Below are positions 32,395-42,161 of a DNA stretch of 64,000 bases, piece after piece. The position numbers were made by a program, and so were the translations under genes. The number at the start of each line of letters is the position of its first letter. The stretch's first letter is position 1. The DNA is from Bacillota bacterium (GTDB lineage Bacteria; Bacillota; Clostridia; Tissierellales; MES13), in NCBI GenBank assembly GCA_009711785.1, contig VENA01000046.1, forward strand, positions 2,934 to 66,933. The letters are read 5' to 3'. Below the pieces are notes generated by a model that saw nothing but the letters and a program-made list of their open reading frames with translations, was not told the origin of the DNA and made no database searches.

Positions 32395-32411
32395 GGGGAG
32401 TGTTGTATATC

Positions 32412-32843
32412 ATGCAAAACAACATGAAATTAGTTATACCTAGCAAATCACAAAATGAAGCATTTGCAAGAGTTGTAGTAGCTTCTTTTGCATCACAACT
32501 AGATCCTACAATAGAAGAGTTAGCGGATGTAAAAACAGCAGTTTCAGAGGCTGTAACAAATTCTATCATTCATGGCTATGAAAATAAAATAGGAGAAATT
32601 AAAATTGAATGTATAATTGAAGGAAATATGTTAAAAATAGTAATAAAGGACAACGGAAAAGGTATTGAAGATGTGGACAAAGCCATGGAACCTTTTTATA
32701 CATCTCAACCTGAATTAGAAAGGTCTGGCATGGGTTTTACAGTGATGCAAACTTTTATGGAGAATTTATTTGTAGAATCAAGTGAAACCGGAACAAAGAT
32801 TGTTATGACAAAAGAGTTTAAAAATACTTCCACTGAGGAGTAG
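32412..32843 (+). CDS. spoIIAB: Anti-sigma F factor kinase
   Basis: [40 protein letters not shown]. Confidence 0.96.
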   Translation: MQNNMKLVIPSKSQNEAFARVVVASFASQLDPTIEELADVKTAVSEAVTNSIIHGYENKIGEIKIECIIEGNMLKIVIKDNGKGIEDVDKAMEPFYTSQPELERSGMGFTVMQTFMENLFVESSETGTKIVMTKEFKNTSTEE

Positions 32844-32848
32844 ATAAT

Positions 32849-33616
32849 ATGAAAGCTAGTGCAAGAAATTACAAAAAAAACGAATTGTTAAGTCATGAAG
32901 AAACTATTAAATTAATAAAGGAAGCCCAACATGGGGATGAAGAGGCTCAATCTATTTTAGTAAACCATAATTTAGGTTTAGTACGTAGTGTATTAAAAAA
33001 ATTTATGAATAGGGGTTATGATACAGAAGATTTATTTCAGTTAGGTTCCATAGGATTAATAAAAGCAATACAGAAATTTGATACAAAATACAATGTAAGG
33101 TTTTCAACATACGCAGTACCAATGATTATAGGAGAAATCAAAAGGTTTTTAAGGGATGATGGAATTATAAAAGTTAGTAGGTCATTAAAGCAAACTGCTA
33201 TTAAAGCGAAAATGGCTAAAGAAAGACTTTCAAAGAAATTAGGAAGGGAACCAACAATAACTGAAATATCTGAAGAAATAAAAATAGATAAAGAAGATAT
33301 TATCATGGCATTAGATTCTCATCATAACCCTGACTATTTACATGATATTATACATCAAGGTGATGGTTCACCTATACAATTAATAGATAGAGTAGGAAGT
33401 AACGAAAATGAAGACAGGGAAATAGTAGATAGATTAACGTTAAAGGAAGCAATAGGGAAATTAAAACCACGAGAGAGACAAATTATTATAATGAGATATT
33501 TTTATGATAAGACCCAAACTGAAATAGCTGACAAACTAGGGATATCTCAAGTACAAGTTTCAAGAATAGAGAAAAAAATATTAAAAAATATGAAGAGTTC
33601 ACTTTCAAAGGCATAA
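32849..33616 (+). CDS. sigF: Sporulation sigma factor F
   Basis: DLFQLGSIGL, FSTYAVPMIIGEIKRFLRDDG.IKVSRSLK, GISQVQVSRIEK; third gene of spoIIA. Confidence 0.96.
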   Translation: MKASARNYKKNELLSHEETIKLIKEAQHGDEEAQSILVNHNLGLVRSVLKKFMNRGYDTEDLFQLGSIGLIKAIQKFDTKYNVRFSTYAVPMIIGEIKRFLRDDGIIKVSRSLKQTAIKAKMAKERLSKKLGREPTITEISEEIKIDKEDIIMALDSHHNPDYLHDIIHQGDGSPIQLIDRVGSNENEDREIVDRLTLKEAIGKLKPRERQIIIMRYFYDKTQTEIADKLGISQVQVSRIEKKILKNMKSSLSKA

Positions 33617-33634
33617 TTTATGCCTTTATTTTTT
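33607..33634 (+). terminator. Terminator overlapping the sigF stop codon
   Basis: AAAGGCATAA-T-TTATGCCTTT followed by T-run. Confidence 0.6.
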
Positions 33635-33693
33635 TGCATTAAAAAAATACAATAGCTAATAATAATAATATGAAAAAACTGAGGATGGATAAT

Positions 33694-33858
33694 ATGAATA
33701 AAAAGTTATTAAAATATTTAATAATGATATCTCTAACTATTATACTTTTAGGATCTATATGGACAATGTATTTAAGTAATAATTCTAATAAAAGTGAACC
33801 TAAAAGGGCAAAATTAGTCATAGAAGATATTATATTTAATTGGAGTGATTTGATATAA
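33694..33858 (+). CDS. Small single-pass membrane protein leading the spoVA operon
   Basis: GAGGA SD before ATG 33694; hydrophobic helix, then PKRAKLV; stop overlaps the inferred spoVAA start. Confidence 0.55.
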   Translation: MNKKLLKYLIMISLTIILLGSIWTMYLSNNSNKSEPKRAKLVIEDIIFNWSDLI

Positions 33859-34469
33859 AAGGAATACAGATTTTTATACAACTAGAACCTAAAGTAACGA
33901 TGGAACCTAATAAAATTATTAAATTAAAAGATGTAGCTTCATTATTTTGTACTGATGATAACCTTTATAGTGAAATATTAAATATTGAAATAAGTAAAAC
34001 TCCAACTAATAGAAAAAGTCAAGTAATTACTATTATACAAATTATAAAAAAAATAAAAGAAAACATAGAGAATTCTGACTTAGTAATATATGGACAGTCT
34101 GAGGTATTAATCAATATAAAAGTATCTAAAGAAAGTAACAATATAGCTTTAGTAATGAAAACTTTTATAATCTCCATAATTCTTTTTTTAGGTGCTGCTA
34201 TAGCAATAATTAATTTTCATGAAGATGTTAATATGACAGAATCTTTAAGTTCAATATATGAGATAGTTACAGGGGAGAAAGAAAACAAACCTCTTATTCT
34301 ATTATTATCTTATTCCATTGGATTAGGTGTTGGTATGATTACTTTTTTTAATCAAGTGTTTAAAAAGAAGTGGAAAAAAGAGCCTAGTCCATTAGAGTTA
34401 GAAATGCATAATTACAAAAAAAATTTAGATGAATATGTTTTAGATGTAACTAAACATAATAATAGGTGA
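33855..34469 (+). CDS. spoVAA: Stage V sporulation protein AA (probable ATA start at 33855; first ATG at 33900)
   Basis: LFLGAAIAIINFHEDV, YSIGLGVGM..FFN, EPSPLELEM. Confidence 0.9.
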   Translation: MKGIQIFIQLEPKVTMEPNKIIKLKDVASLFCTDDNLYSEILNIEISKTPTNRKSQVITIIQIIKKIKENIENSDLVIYGQSEVLINIKVSKESNNIALVMKTFIISIILFLGAAIAIINFHEDVNMTESLSSIYEIVTGEKENKPLILLLSYSIGLGVGMITFFNQVFKKKWKKEPSPLELEMHNYKKNLDEYVLDVTKHNNR

Positions 34470-34473
34470 GATT

Positions 34474-34884
34474 ATGATAATTAAATTAATTCTCGTATTA
34501 ATAGGTTTATCTGGTGGGATATTAGTAGGAACAGCACTAGCTTCCTTTATTACTTTATTAGATATAGTACCTAGATTAGCACAAGTATCTAATACAAGTT
34601 TCTTAATATCTTTTTATCAAATAATAATGACTTTATCTATAGTAGTCGTTACTTTAAGCCACTTTTTTGAGTATTCATTACACTTAACAAAGTATATAAC
34701 AATGCCTATAGGACTAATAATAGGGGTTTTTGTAGGGTTATTAGCAGCGGCATTAGCTGAAGTTTTAAATGTGATACCTATACTTGAAAGAAGGACTAAA
34801 TTAGGAAAGAATATATATTATTGCTTACTGGGAATTTCTTTAGGAAAGGTATTTGGGTCTTTATTTTATTGGCTAAAAATGTAA
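34474..34884 (+). CDS. spoVAB: Stage V sporulation protein AB
   Basis: IVPRLAQ, GLLAAALAEVLNV.PI, GKVFGSL. Confidence 0.92.
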   Translation: MIIKLILVLIGLSGGILVGTALASFITLLDIVPRLAQVSNTSFLISFYQIIMTLSIVVVTLSHFFEYSLHLTKYITMPIGLIIGVFVGLLAAALAEVLNVIPILERRTKLGKNIYYCLLGISLGKVFGSLFYWLKM

Positions 34885-34903
34885 AGTTTGAAGGAGGAAT
34901 TAA

Positions 34904-35344
34904 ATGAAAAATATAAATCAAAAAGATTATAAAGATTATGTAGATGGTATTGTACCTAAACCTACATATTTTAAAAATTGTATATGGGCATTTATTATAG
35001 GTGGATTAATATGTACGTTTGGCCAATTTATAACAGAACTTGTTATGAAGTATGGGTTAAATAAGAAAGAAGCAGCTACAGCTACTCCCATAATATTGAT
35101 ATTTTTAGGAGCTTTTTTTACAGGACTGGGTTTATATGATAGATTAGGAAAATTTGCTGGTGCCGGTTCAATTGTTCCTATAACAGGTTTTGCTAATTCA
35201 ATAGTATCACCTGCTATGGAATTTAAAAGGGAAGGATATGTATTAGGAGTAGCTGCTAGAATGTTTTCGATTGCTGGTCCAGTTTTAGTATATGGTTTTG
35301 GAAGTTCAGTAATAGTTGGTATAATTTATTATTTTATTTATTAG
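34904..35344 (+). CDS. spoVAC: Stage V sporulation protein AC
   Basis: AGAGSIVPITGFANS, EFKREG, AGPVLVYG. Confidence 0.96.
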   Translation: MKNINQKDYKDYVDGIVPKPTYFKNCIWAFIIGGLICTFGQFITELVMKYGLNKKEAATATPIILIFLGAFFTGLGLYDRLGKFAGAGSIVPITGFANSIVSPAMEFKREGYVLGVAARMFSIAGPVLVYGFGSSVIVGIIYYFIY

Positions 35345-35348
35345 GAGT

Positions 35349-36377
35349 GTGAATAATTTGGCAGTTAAAAGGTTAGGTAGTCAAACAATATTATTAAAAA
35401 ATCCTCCTTCTATTATAGCAACTGGTTCTATTGTTGGTCCTAAAGAAGGAGAAGGTCCTTTAAGAAATTATTTTGATGTAATATTAGATGATGATTTAAA
35501 GAACGAAAAATCTTGGGAGAAATGTGAATCAAAAATGCAAATAGATGCAATTAATACAGCCTTAAATAAAAGTAATTTGACAGAGAAAGATATAGATTAT
35601 TTATTTGCTGGAGATTTACTTAATCAAATAATTTCATCAGGGTTTGCTGCGAGGAAATTAGCCATACCTTTTTTTGGATTATATGGTGCCTGCTCTACAA
35701 TGACAGAATCCTTAAGCTTAGGGGCAATGGCAGTTGATGGTGGTTTTGCTGATAAAGTAATTTGTGTTACTTCTAGTCATTTTAGCACGGCTGAAAGACA
35801 ATTTAGATACCCTTTAGAACTTGGCAATCAAAGAGCATTAACAACACAATGGACAGTCACAGGATCAGGGGCTGCTATATTATCATCGGAAGATAAAGGT
35901 CCATTTATTACTCACGTTACAACAGGAAAAGTTGTTGATCCAGGAATAAATGATGTTAATAATATGGGAGCAGCTATGGCTCCAGCTGCAGCAGATACTA
36001 TAGTACAGCATTTTAAAGATAGTGGTTTTAAAATTGATGATTATGATTTAATTATAACCGGTGATTTAGCAACTATAGGAAAAGAAATAGCTTTGGATTT
36101 AATAAAAAAAGAAGGTTTCGATATAACTAGTATTTATACAGATTGTGGTATTGAAATATTTGATAATAAAAAACAAGATACTCATTCAGGAGGAAGTGGG
36201 TGTGGATGTTCGGCAGTGGTTTTTGCAGGATATATTTATAAAGAGATGTTAAAAGGAAATCTAAATAGAGTTTTATTAGTTTCAACAGGAGCATTACATT
36301 CACCTACTTCTGTACAACAAGGAGAGTCAGTTCCTGGTATAGCTCATGCTATAACAATAAGTAATAAAAAAGATTAG
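35349..36377 (+). CDS. spoVAD: Stage V sporulation protein AD (dipicolinic acid-binding)
   Basis: GDLLNQ, GLYGACST, AERQFRYPLE, NMGAAMAPAA, GGSGCGCS. Confidence 0.97.
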   Translation: MNNLAVKRLGSQTILLKNPPSIIATGSIVGPKEGEGPLRNYFDVILDDDLKNEKSWEKCESKMQIDAINTALNKSNLTEKDIDYLFAGDLLNQIISSGFAARKLAIPFFGLYGACSTMTESLSLGAMAVDGGFADKVICVTSSHFSTAERQFRYPLELGNQRALTTQWTVTGSGAAILSSEDKGPFITHVTTGKVVDPGINDVNNMGAAMAPAAADTIVQHFKDSGFKIDDYDLIITGDLATIGKEIALDLIKKEGFDITSIYTDCGIEIFDNKKQDTHSGGSGCGCSAVVFAGYIYKEMLKGNLNRVLLVSTGALHSPTSVQQGESVPGIAHAITISNKKD

Positions 36378-36387
36378 GGGTGAAATT

Positions 36388-36744
36388 ATGGTTTATATTA
36401 AAGCTTTTTTAGTTGGAGGAGTTATATGTGTAATAGGACAATTATTAATGGATGGAACAAAAATGACTCCAGCCCATGTACTTGTAACCTTTGTAACCTC
36501 AGGAGTAATATTGACTGCTATAGGAATATATGAACCTATAGCAAATTTTGGTGGTGCAGGCGCTACAGTACCGTTGCCTGGATTTGGGTATGCTTTAGGA
36601 AAAGGAGTTATAGAAGCAGTAAAAAAAGATGGAATATTAGGAATTTTCACAGGAGGTATTCAAGCTACTGCTGGTGGTGTGGCTGCTGCAGTATTTTTTG
36701 GCTATTTAATGTCAGTTATATTTAATCCTAAGACTAAAAAATAA
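36388..36744 (+). CDS. spoVAEb: Stage V sporulation protein AE (SpoVAEb, membrane)
   Basis: AFLVGG.IC.IGQ, GGAGATVPLPGFG, FNPK. Confidence 0.94.
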   Translation: MVYIKAFLVGGVICVIGQLLMDGTKMTPAHVLVTFVTSGVILTAIGIYEPIANFGGAGATVPLPGFGYALGKGVIEAVKKDGILGIFTGGIQATAGGVAAAVFFGYLMSVIFNPKTKK

Positions 36745-36760
36745 GAAATGAAATTTAATA

Positions 36761-36848
36761 GAAAGGTGGTGAAACTACTATTTATAGAAATATATCAATA
36801 GGCTATTTTGACTGATTCATATTTCTATAATTTTATGTAGTAGTTTAT
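36761..36848 (+). promoter_or_regulatory. SD-like motif followed by a ~75-nt hairpin directly before the spoVAEa ATG
   Basis: GAAAGGTGGTG (36761-36771); AAACTACTA pairs with TAGTAGTTT and TTATAGAAATAT pairs with ATATTTCTATAA; then AT-ATG. Confidence 0.7.
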
Positions 36849-37421
36849 ATGAAAAATAACAGAAAAATAATATTAGTTACTGATGGAGATAAAAAGGCAT
36901 TAAAGGCAGTAGAATTAGCAGCTAAAAATATAGGAGGAAGATGTATATCTAGATCTGCTGGAAATCCCACTGAATTAACAGGTAATGAAATTGTTGAGTT
37001 AATAAAAATAGCAAAATATGACCCAGTAGTTATAATGGTAGATGATAGGGGAGATCCAGGATTTGGTAAGGGGGAAGCTGCATTAAAAGAAGTAATCGAA
37101 CATTCAGATATTGATGTATTAGGAGTAGTAGCAGTAGCATCAAATACTGAAAATGTTATGGGAATAAAAGTTAATTTTTCTATTGACTGTAAAGGTGATA
37201 TTGTTTATGGAGGTGTAGACAAAAACGGTATTAAAACTGAAAATAACAAAGTTTATGGTGATACTGTGGACATTATCAATGAGTATGACTTTCCATATAT
37301 AGTAGGAGTAGGAGATGTGGGTAAAATGGATGGCAAAGATGATTGCAAGATTGGCGCACCAATAATAACAAAAGCTTTAAAAGAAATAATGGATAGGAGT
37401 AGCTTATATGAGAATCAATAA
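36849..37421 (+). CDS. spoVAEa: Stage V sporulation protein AE (SpoVAEa)
   Basis: IILVTDGD, GGRCIS.SAGNPT, DPV..MVDD.G, AVASNT, GDTVD, GDVGKM. Confidence 0.92.
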   Translation: MKNNRKIILVTDGDKKALKAVELAAKNIGGRCISRSAGNPTELTGNEIVELIKIAKYDPVVIMVDDRGDPGFGKGEAALKEVIEHSDIDVLGVVAVASNTENVMGIKVNFSIDCKGDIVYGGVDKNGIKTENNKVYGDTVDIINEYDFPYIVGVGDVGKMDGKDDCKIGAPIITKALKEIMDRSSLYENQ

Positions 37422-38865
37422 CTATGACTTAGCGAAGGGGTTATCTCAAAAGATAGGAGTTAATGAAAGTTTTGATGTAGTTAAAAGAGATATTTTGATT
37501 GGAGGCAAAGAAGCTTCTTTAATTTTTATAGATGGTTTTATGAAAGATGAAGCTATGTTGTGGATTCTATCAATATTACAAGAAACTAGGAAAGAAGAGA
37601 TAGTTCCTAATACTTTATCAAAATTAATAAGTAGTAAAATAAATTATGTTGAGTGTGAAATATCAGATAAAATAGAAGAGATGGAGTATATGATTTTATC
37701 AGGGGCTTCAGTCTTAATACTTAGTGATACTAATGAAGGGATCATAATAGATACAAGAACCTATCCGGCTAGAGGACCAGAAGAACCTGATTTAGAAAGA
37801 GTCACAAGGGGATCAAGAGATGGATTTGTAGAAACAGTTATATTTAATACTGCATTAATCAGAAGAAGAATAAGAGATCCTAATTTAAGATTTGAAATAA
37901 AGAAAGTAGGTAGAAGGTCACAAAGTGACGTTGTGATAGGGTATATAAAAGATATAACAAATGAAGATTTAATAAAAAGTATAAAAGATAAATTAGATAA
38001 TGTAAAGACAGATTCTTTAGTAATGGCAGAAAAAAGTCTTGAAGAGTTTATTTTAGGTAGAAGTTGGAATCCATTTCCACAGGCAAAATTTACTGAGAGA
38101 CCCGATGTTGCTGCTGCGCATTTATTGGAAGGACATGTCATAGTTATGGTAGATACAACTCCTAGTGTTATGATTTTACCGGTGACATTATTTCATTTCA
38201 CACAACATGCTGAGGATTATTATCAAAATCCAACCATAGGAACATATTTAAGATGGGTTAGATTTTTGGCTATAAGCTTTTCATATATATTACCTGCACT
38301 TTGGTTACTATTGGTAATGAATAAAGGTATTTTACCTGATAGTATAAAGTTTTTAGGTCCTAAAGAACCAGGACAGGTACCTCTTTTATTACAATTTATA
38401 ATATTAGAATTAGGTTTGGATATGTTAAGAATAGCTTCAATACACACACCTAATGCTTTAACAACTTCACTTGGTATTATTGGAGCTTTGTTACTTGGAG
38501 ATTTTGCAGTAAAAGTCGGTTGGTTCACACCAGAAACAGTGCTTTATGGTGCAATAGCAGGCATAGGAATGTTTGCAACACCTAGTATAGAATTTGCACT
38601 AGCGCTAAGATTATTTAGGTTAATACAGTTAATATTAACAGGATTATTTAACATTTATGGATTTGTTATAGGATTATTGTTTTTATCAATTACATTGTTA
38701 AGAACTAAATCTTTCGGTGGTATTGACTATTTATGGCCGCTTATACCATTTAATAAAAGAGCATTGTCAACTATATTCTTTAGAAAACCAATACCTGAAG
38801 TAAGATTAAGACCTGAAATTTTAAGAACAAAGGATTCTGATTCAAAACCTCCAGAAAACAATTAA
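37408..38865 (+). CDS. spoVAF: SpoVAF (GerA-family membrane protein)
   Basis: RTYPARGP.EP..ERV.RGSRDGFVE, TERPD.AA.HLLEG, YLWPLIPFN; last gene of spoVA. Confidence 0.9.
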   Translation: MRINNYDLAKGLSQKIGVNESFDVVKRDILIGGKEASLIFIDGFMKDEAMLWILSILQETRKEEIVPNTLSKLISSKINYVECEISDKIEEMEYMILSGASVLILSDTNEGIIIDTRTYPARGPEEPDLERVTRGSRDGFVETVIFNTALIRRRIRDPNLRFEIKKVGRRSQSDVVIGYIKDITNEDLIKSIKDKLDNVKTDSLVMAEKSLEEFILGRSWNPFPQAKFTERPDVAAAHLLEGHVIVMVDTTPSVMILPVTLFHFTQHAEDYYQNPTIGTYLRWVRFLAISFSYILPALWLLLVMNKGILPDSIKFLGPKEPGQVPLLLQFIILELGLDMLRIASIHTPNALTTSLGIIGALLLGDFAVKVGWFTPETVLYGAIAGIGMFATPSIEFALALRLFRLIQLILTGLFNIYGFVIGLLFLSITLLRTKSFGGIDYLWPLIPFNKRALSTIFFRKPIPEVRLRPEILRTKDSDSKPPENN

Positions 38866-38891
38866 AAGGCTGAATTCTCAGCCTTTTAATT
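38860..38891. terminator. Bidirectional terminator between spoVAF and the PBP1A gene
   Basis: AATTAAAAGGCTGA-ATTC-TCAGCCTTTTAATT. Confidence 0.75.
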
Positions 38892-41800
38892 GTTTTTATT
38901 ATTTTGTTTTCTTTTATCATCACCGTTAATAGAATTGTCTTCATTGTTATTTTTATCAATAGAATCAGAATCTTTTTTAGGTTTATTTTTTTCATCGTCG
39001 GAATCATTAATTTCATTATTATCGTCATCATCATTAAAGAACCAATCATTAATGATATCTCTAAAATCGCCACCTTCAGGTTCTGTATGGACTTCACATT
39101 CTTCAGTAGGAACACTATATTTATAATCCTTTGGTGGTGTTGCTTCAGGATGGTCCTCAGGAATATATGGTGGTTGTCGCTTTATAAAAACTTTCATTTC
39201 CCTTACTTCATCAGGACAATAATCATTGACTAATTTTCCATTAGTACTATCTACTGTAACTTCAACATGTGTTTCACAGTAGTTAGTAGGTTCTGTACCT
39301 TGAATGAATATTTCTGATCTTGCTCTATTACTACGTTGATCTTTTTTACATAAGTCTGTTGCTAACTTTCCAGAATCCATACATATTGCTCTTGTTACAA
39401 AACCTTTAGGTTTATCAAAATCTTTAGGTTTTAATCCTTTATCCTCATGAATTTGTAACATTACTTTACTCCATAAAATTGAGGCTAATTTACTACCATC
39501 ACTCAATTTTATTGCTTGATTATCATTTCCAATCCACACGCCTGCTGAATAATAAGGTGTATAGCCAACAAACCATGCATCGGATTTATTTTGAGTAGTT
39601 CCAGTTTTTCCTGCAACTGGAATTTTAGTGTTGTATCTATATATCTGTGCTCTACTACCCGTTCCATTTGTTACAGCGCTCTTTAAAATATCAGTCATTA
39701 AATATGAAACTTGAGGTGTAACTACGATGTTCTTTCTTGGCTTATTTTCAAGTATGATTTTTCCATCTCTATCTTCTACCTTAGTATATACAATAGGTTG
39801 AGTGTGTATCCCATTATTAGCAATAGAACTATAAGCAGAAGTCATTGTTAATGGAGTTATACCATTGGTCATTCCTCCTAAAGCTAAAGGAGCTAAATCT
39901 TCATCAAAAGTACCACTGCCCATCTTTCTAGCTTCTTCTTCTGTTCTAAATGTATCTTTGGAAGGATCTTCAGAATTAATAACTCCTAAACTTGTTAAAT
40001 ATTCAGTAGAAGTATTAACTCCTATCTTTTTTAACATTTTTACAGAAGCTACATTTACAGATTGTTCCACAGCATATCTTAATGTCATTAATCCTTTATA
40101 TCCAGAATACCAGTTTTTAGGCCATAATTCATTTGATTTATTGTAATGGGCTACATCATCAATTATAGATGCTGCAGTAAAACCATTATCTAATGCTGGT
40201 AAATATACAGCTATAGGCTTAATAGATGAACCAGGCTGTCTAGGAGAATCTGTAGCTCTATTTAATAATCTGCTACCTTTAATATCTCTACCTCCTACTA
40301 AAGCTTTGACTTGTCCTGTAGTATAATCCATTATAGTCATTGCTGATTGAGGTTGAACTACTCCAGTTTTATTTATATAGAAGTATTTTGGATTAATTAA
40401 TAAGGTATTGTTAGATATAGTGTAGAAATCTTTATTCTTATTTAAAAAATCTTTATTAATAATAAATTGCTTATTATCTTTATCAACAGTATATTTATTT
40501 TTCGGTATATCTAGTGCCCATGTTGTATGGGTAATTAAATTTTTATTTGAGTCTATACTATAATAGTCACCAACGGAAAGATTTCTGTAATAGATTTTAT
40601 TATTTTTAATTGCAAGGTCGCCATTATTCCTTAATGCATAAGTGCCTTTTTCAATTTTTAAGTTATAATTTTCATCTAATAAATTAGACTTTTTATAAAA
40701 TACTATACGACCGTAACTGTCTAATATATTTCCGTATCTGTCAATAGAGCGTTTAACTAAGGATAAACCATCTGACTTTCCATAAAGTTCAGAAGTAACA
40801 CTTTTAACGAAATTCTCATATACATTCTCAACCTTACTTTGCATTTTAATATCCATAGTGGAATAAATTTTCAATCCACCTGTGTATAATGCTCTTTGTG
40901 CTTGTTCTTCAGTATAATCTCCTGTTGCTATTAAATCTTCCACAACTCTTTTCTTAACATAATCATTAAAATAAGATGTTTCGATGTGCTTATTTTTTTT
41001 AAGTCCTGGTTTTATTGCTGTTCTCATATCTTCATTTAATGCATTCTGATACTCATCTTCTGTAATCATACCTAAATCTCTCATTTTTGATAAAATTACC
41101 TTTTGTCGTTCAACTGCTTCTTCATTAAAAAGTGCTGCATATTTTTTCCCGCTTATTTCAACATAGCCGACTAAATCCTTAGAATTTTCTGATACGTTAC
41201 TAGGGTTAGTTCGGTTATATAATGAAAGCTTAGATGGATGTTTTGTTATACCTGCTATCATAGCACTTTCAGCTATAGTAAGTTCACTAGCATCCTTTGA
41301 AAAATAAGTTTGTGCAGCTGCTTGAACACCATAAGCACCTTGCCCTAAATAAATCGTATTTAAATACGATTTAAGAATTTGTCTTTTAGTAAGTTGTCTT
41401 TCCATTTGAATAGCAATATACATTTCTTTAATTTTTCTAGTAAATTCTTTATCTGCATTCAAATAGATGTTTCTAGCAAGCTGTTGAGTTATTGTACTAG
41501 CACCTTGAACTAAAGCACCTTTTTTAATATCAGTTATTGCTGCTCTAATAATTCCTTTCGGATCTACTCCGTGATGGTCCCAAAATCTTTCATCTTCTAT
41601 AGCTATTATGGCATTTTCTAAATGGTCAGATATTTCATCTAAACTGACTATTGTTCTAAATTCTTCTGTTTGAATTTGTTCTATTAATTTGCCATTAGCA
41701 TCGTAGATAAATGAATTTTCATTAAGCATACTTACATCTTTTTCAAAGTTCATATCCTCGGGTACGTTTTTAATTGTAGCTATAAAAAGGCCACCAGCAG

Positions 41801-41924
41801 CTCCTGCTCCAATAAATAAAGTAAAAATTACTACGACTAAAATAACTCTAAAAATACTAATTTTTTTCTTTTTCTTTTTATTTTTAGTCTTACGTTTTGT
41901 TCTTCTTTTATCATTTTCAGACAT
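38886..41924 (-). CDS. Class A penicillin-binding protein (PBP1A family)
   Basis: Transglycosylase EDERF..H.G, GASTITQQL, RKIKE; transpeptidase SSIK, SVN, KTGT; acidic tail. Confidence 0.95.
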   Translation of the reverse strand: MSENDKRRTKRKTKNKKKKKKISIFRVILVVVIFTLFIGAGAAGGLFIATIKNVPEDMNFEKDVSMLNENSFIYDANGKLIEQIQTEEFRTIVSLDEISDHLENAIIAIEDERFWDHHGVDPKGIIRAAITDIKKGALVQGASTITQQLARNIYLNADKEFTRKIKEMYIAIQMERQLTKRQILKSYLNTIYLGQGAYGVQAAAQTYFSKDASELTIAESAMIAGITKHPSKLSLYNRTNPSNVSENSKDLVGYVEISGKKYAALFNEEAVERQKVILSKMRDLGMITEDEYQNALNEDMRTAIKPGLKKNKHIETSYFNDYVKKRVVEDLIATGDYTEEQAQRALYTGGLKIYSTMDIKMQSKVENVYENFVKSVTSELYGKSDGLSLVKRSIDRYGNILDSYGRIVFYKKSNLLDENYNLKIEKGTYALRNNGDLAIKNNKIYYRNLSVGDYYSIDSNKNLITHTTWALDIPKNKYTVDKDNKQFIINKDFLNKNKDFYTISNNTLLINPKYFYINKTGVVQPQSAMTIMDYTTGQVKALVGGRDIKGSRLLNRATDSPRQPGSSIKPIAVYLPALDNGFTAASIIDDVAHYNKSNELWPKNWYSGYKGLMTLRYAVEQSVNVASVKMLKKIGVNTSTEYLTSLGVINSEDPSKDTFRTEEEARKMGSGTFDEDLAPLALGGMTNGITPLTMTSAYSSIANNGIHTQPIVYTKVEDRDGKIILENKPRKNIVVTPQVSYLMTDILKSAVTNGTGSRAQIYRYNTKIPVAGKTGTTQNKSDAWFVGYTPYYSAGVWIGNDNQAIKLSDGSKLASILWSKVMLQIHEDKGLKPKDFDKPKGFVTRAICMDSGKLATDLCKKDQRSNRARSEIFIQGTEPTNYCETHVEVTVDSTNGKLVNDYCPDEVREMKVFIKRQPPYIPEDHPEATPPKDYKYSVPTEECEVHTEPEGGDFRDIINDWFFNDDDDNNEINDSDDEKNKPKKDSDSIDKNNNEDNSINGDDKRKQNNKNN

Positions 41925-42161
41925 TTTTTAACCTCCTTAAGTGGGATGAAGGCAAGAGTATAGAATATATAAATATCAAAACAATTATATCATATAAATA
42001 TATGTATGTTAAATAGTTAATATTGTTAGATTAAAGATTACAAGTATATTCACTTATATATAAATTATACCAATATTTAGCATAATAAATACCTAAAAAT
42101 ATAAATCATATTTTTGAAACTTATAGAAATTAAAGCATATATTATAATAAGGGGGGCCTTT

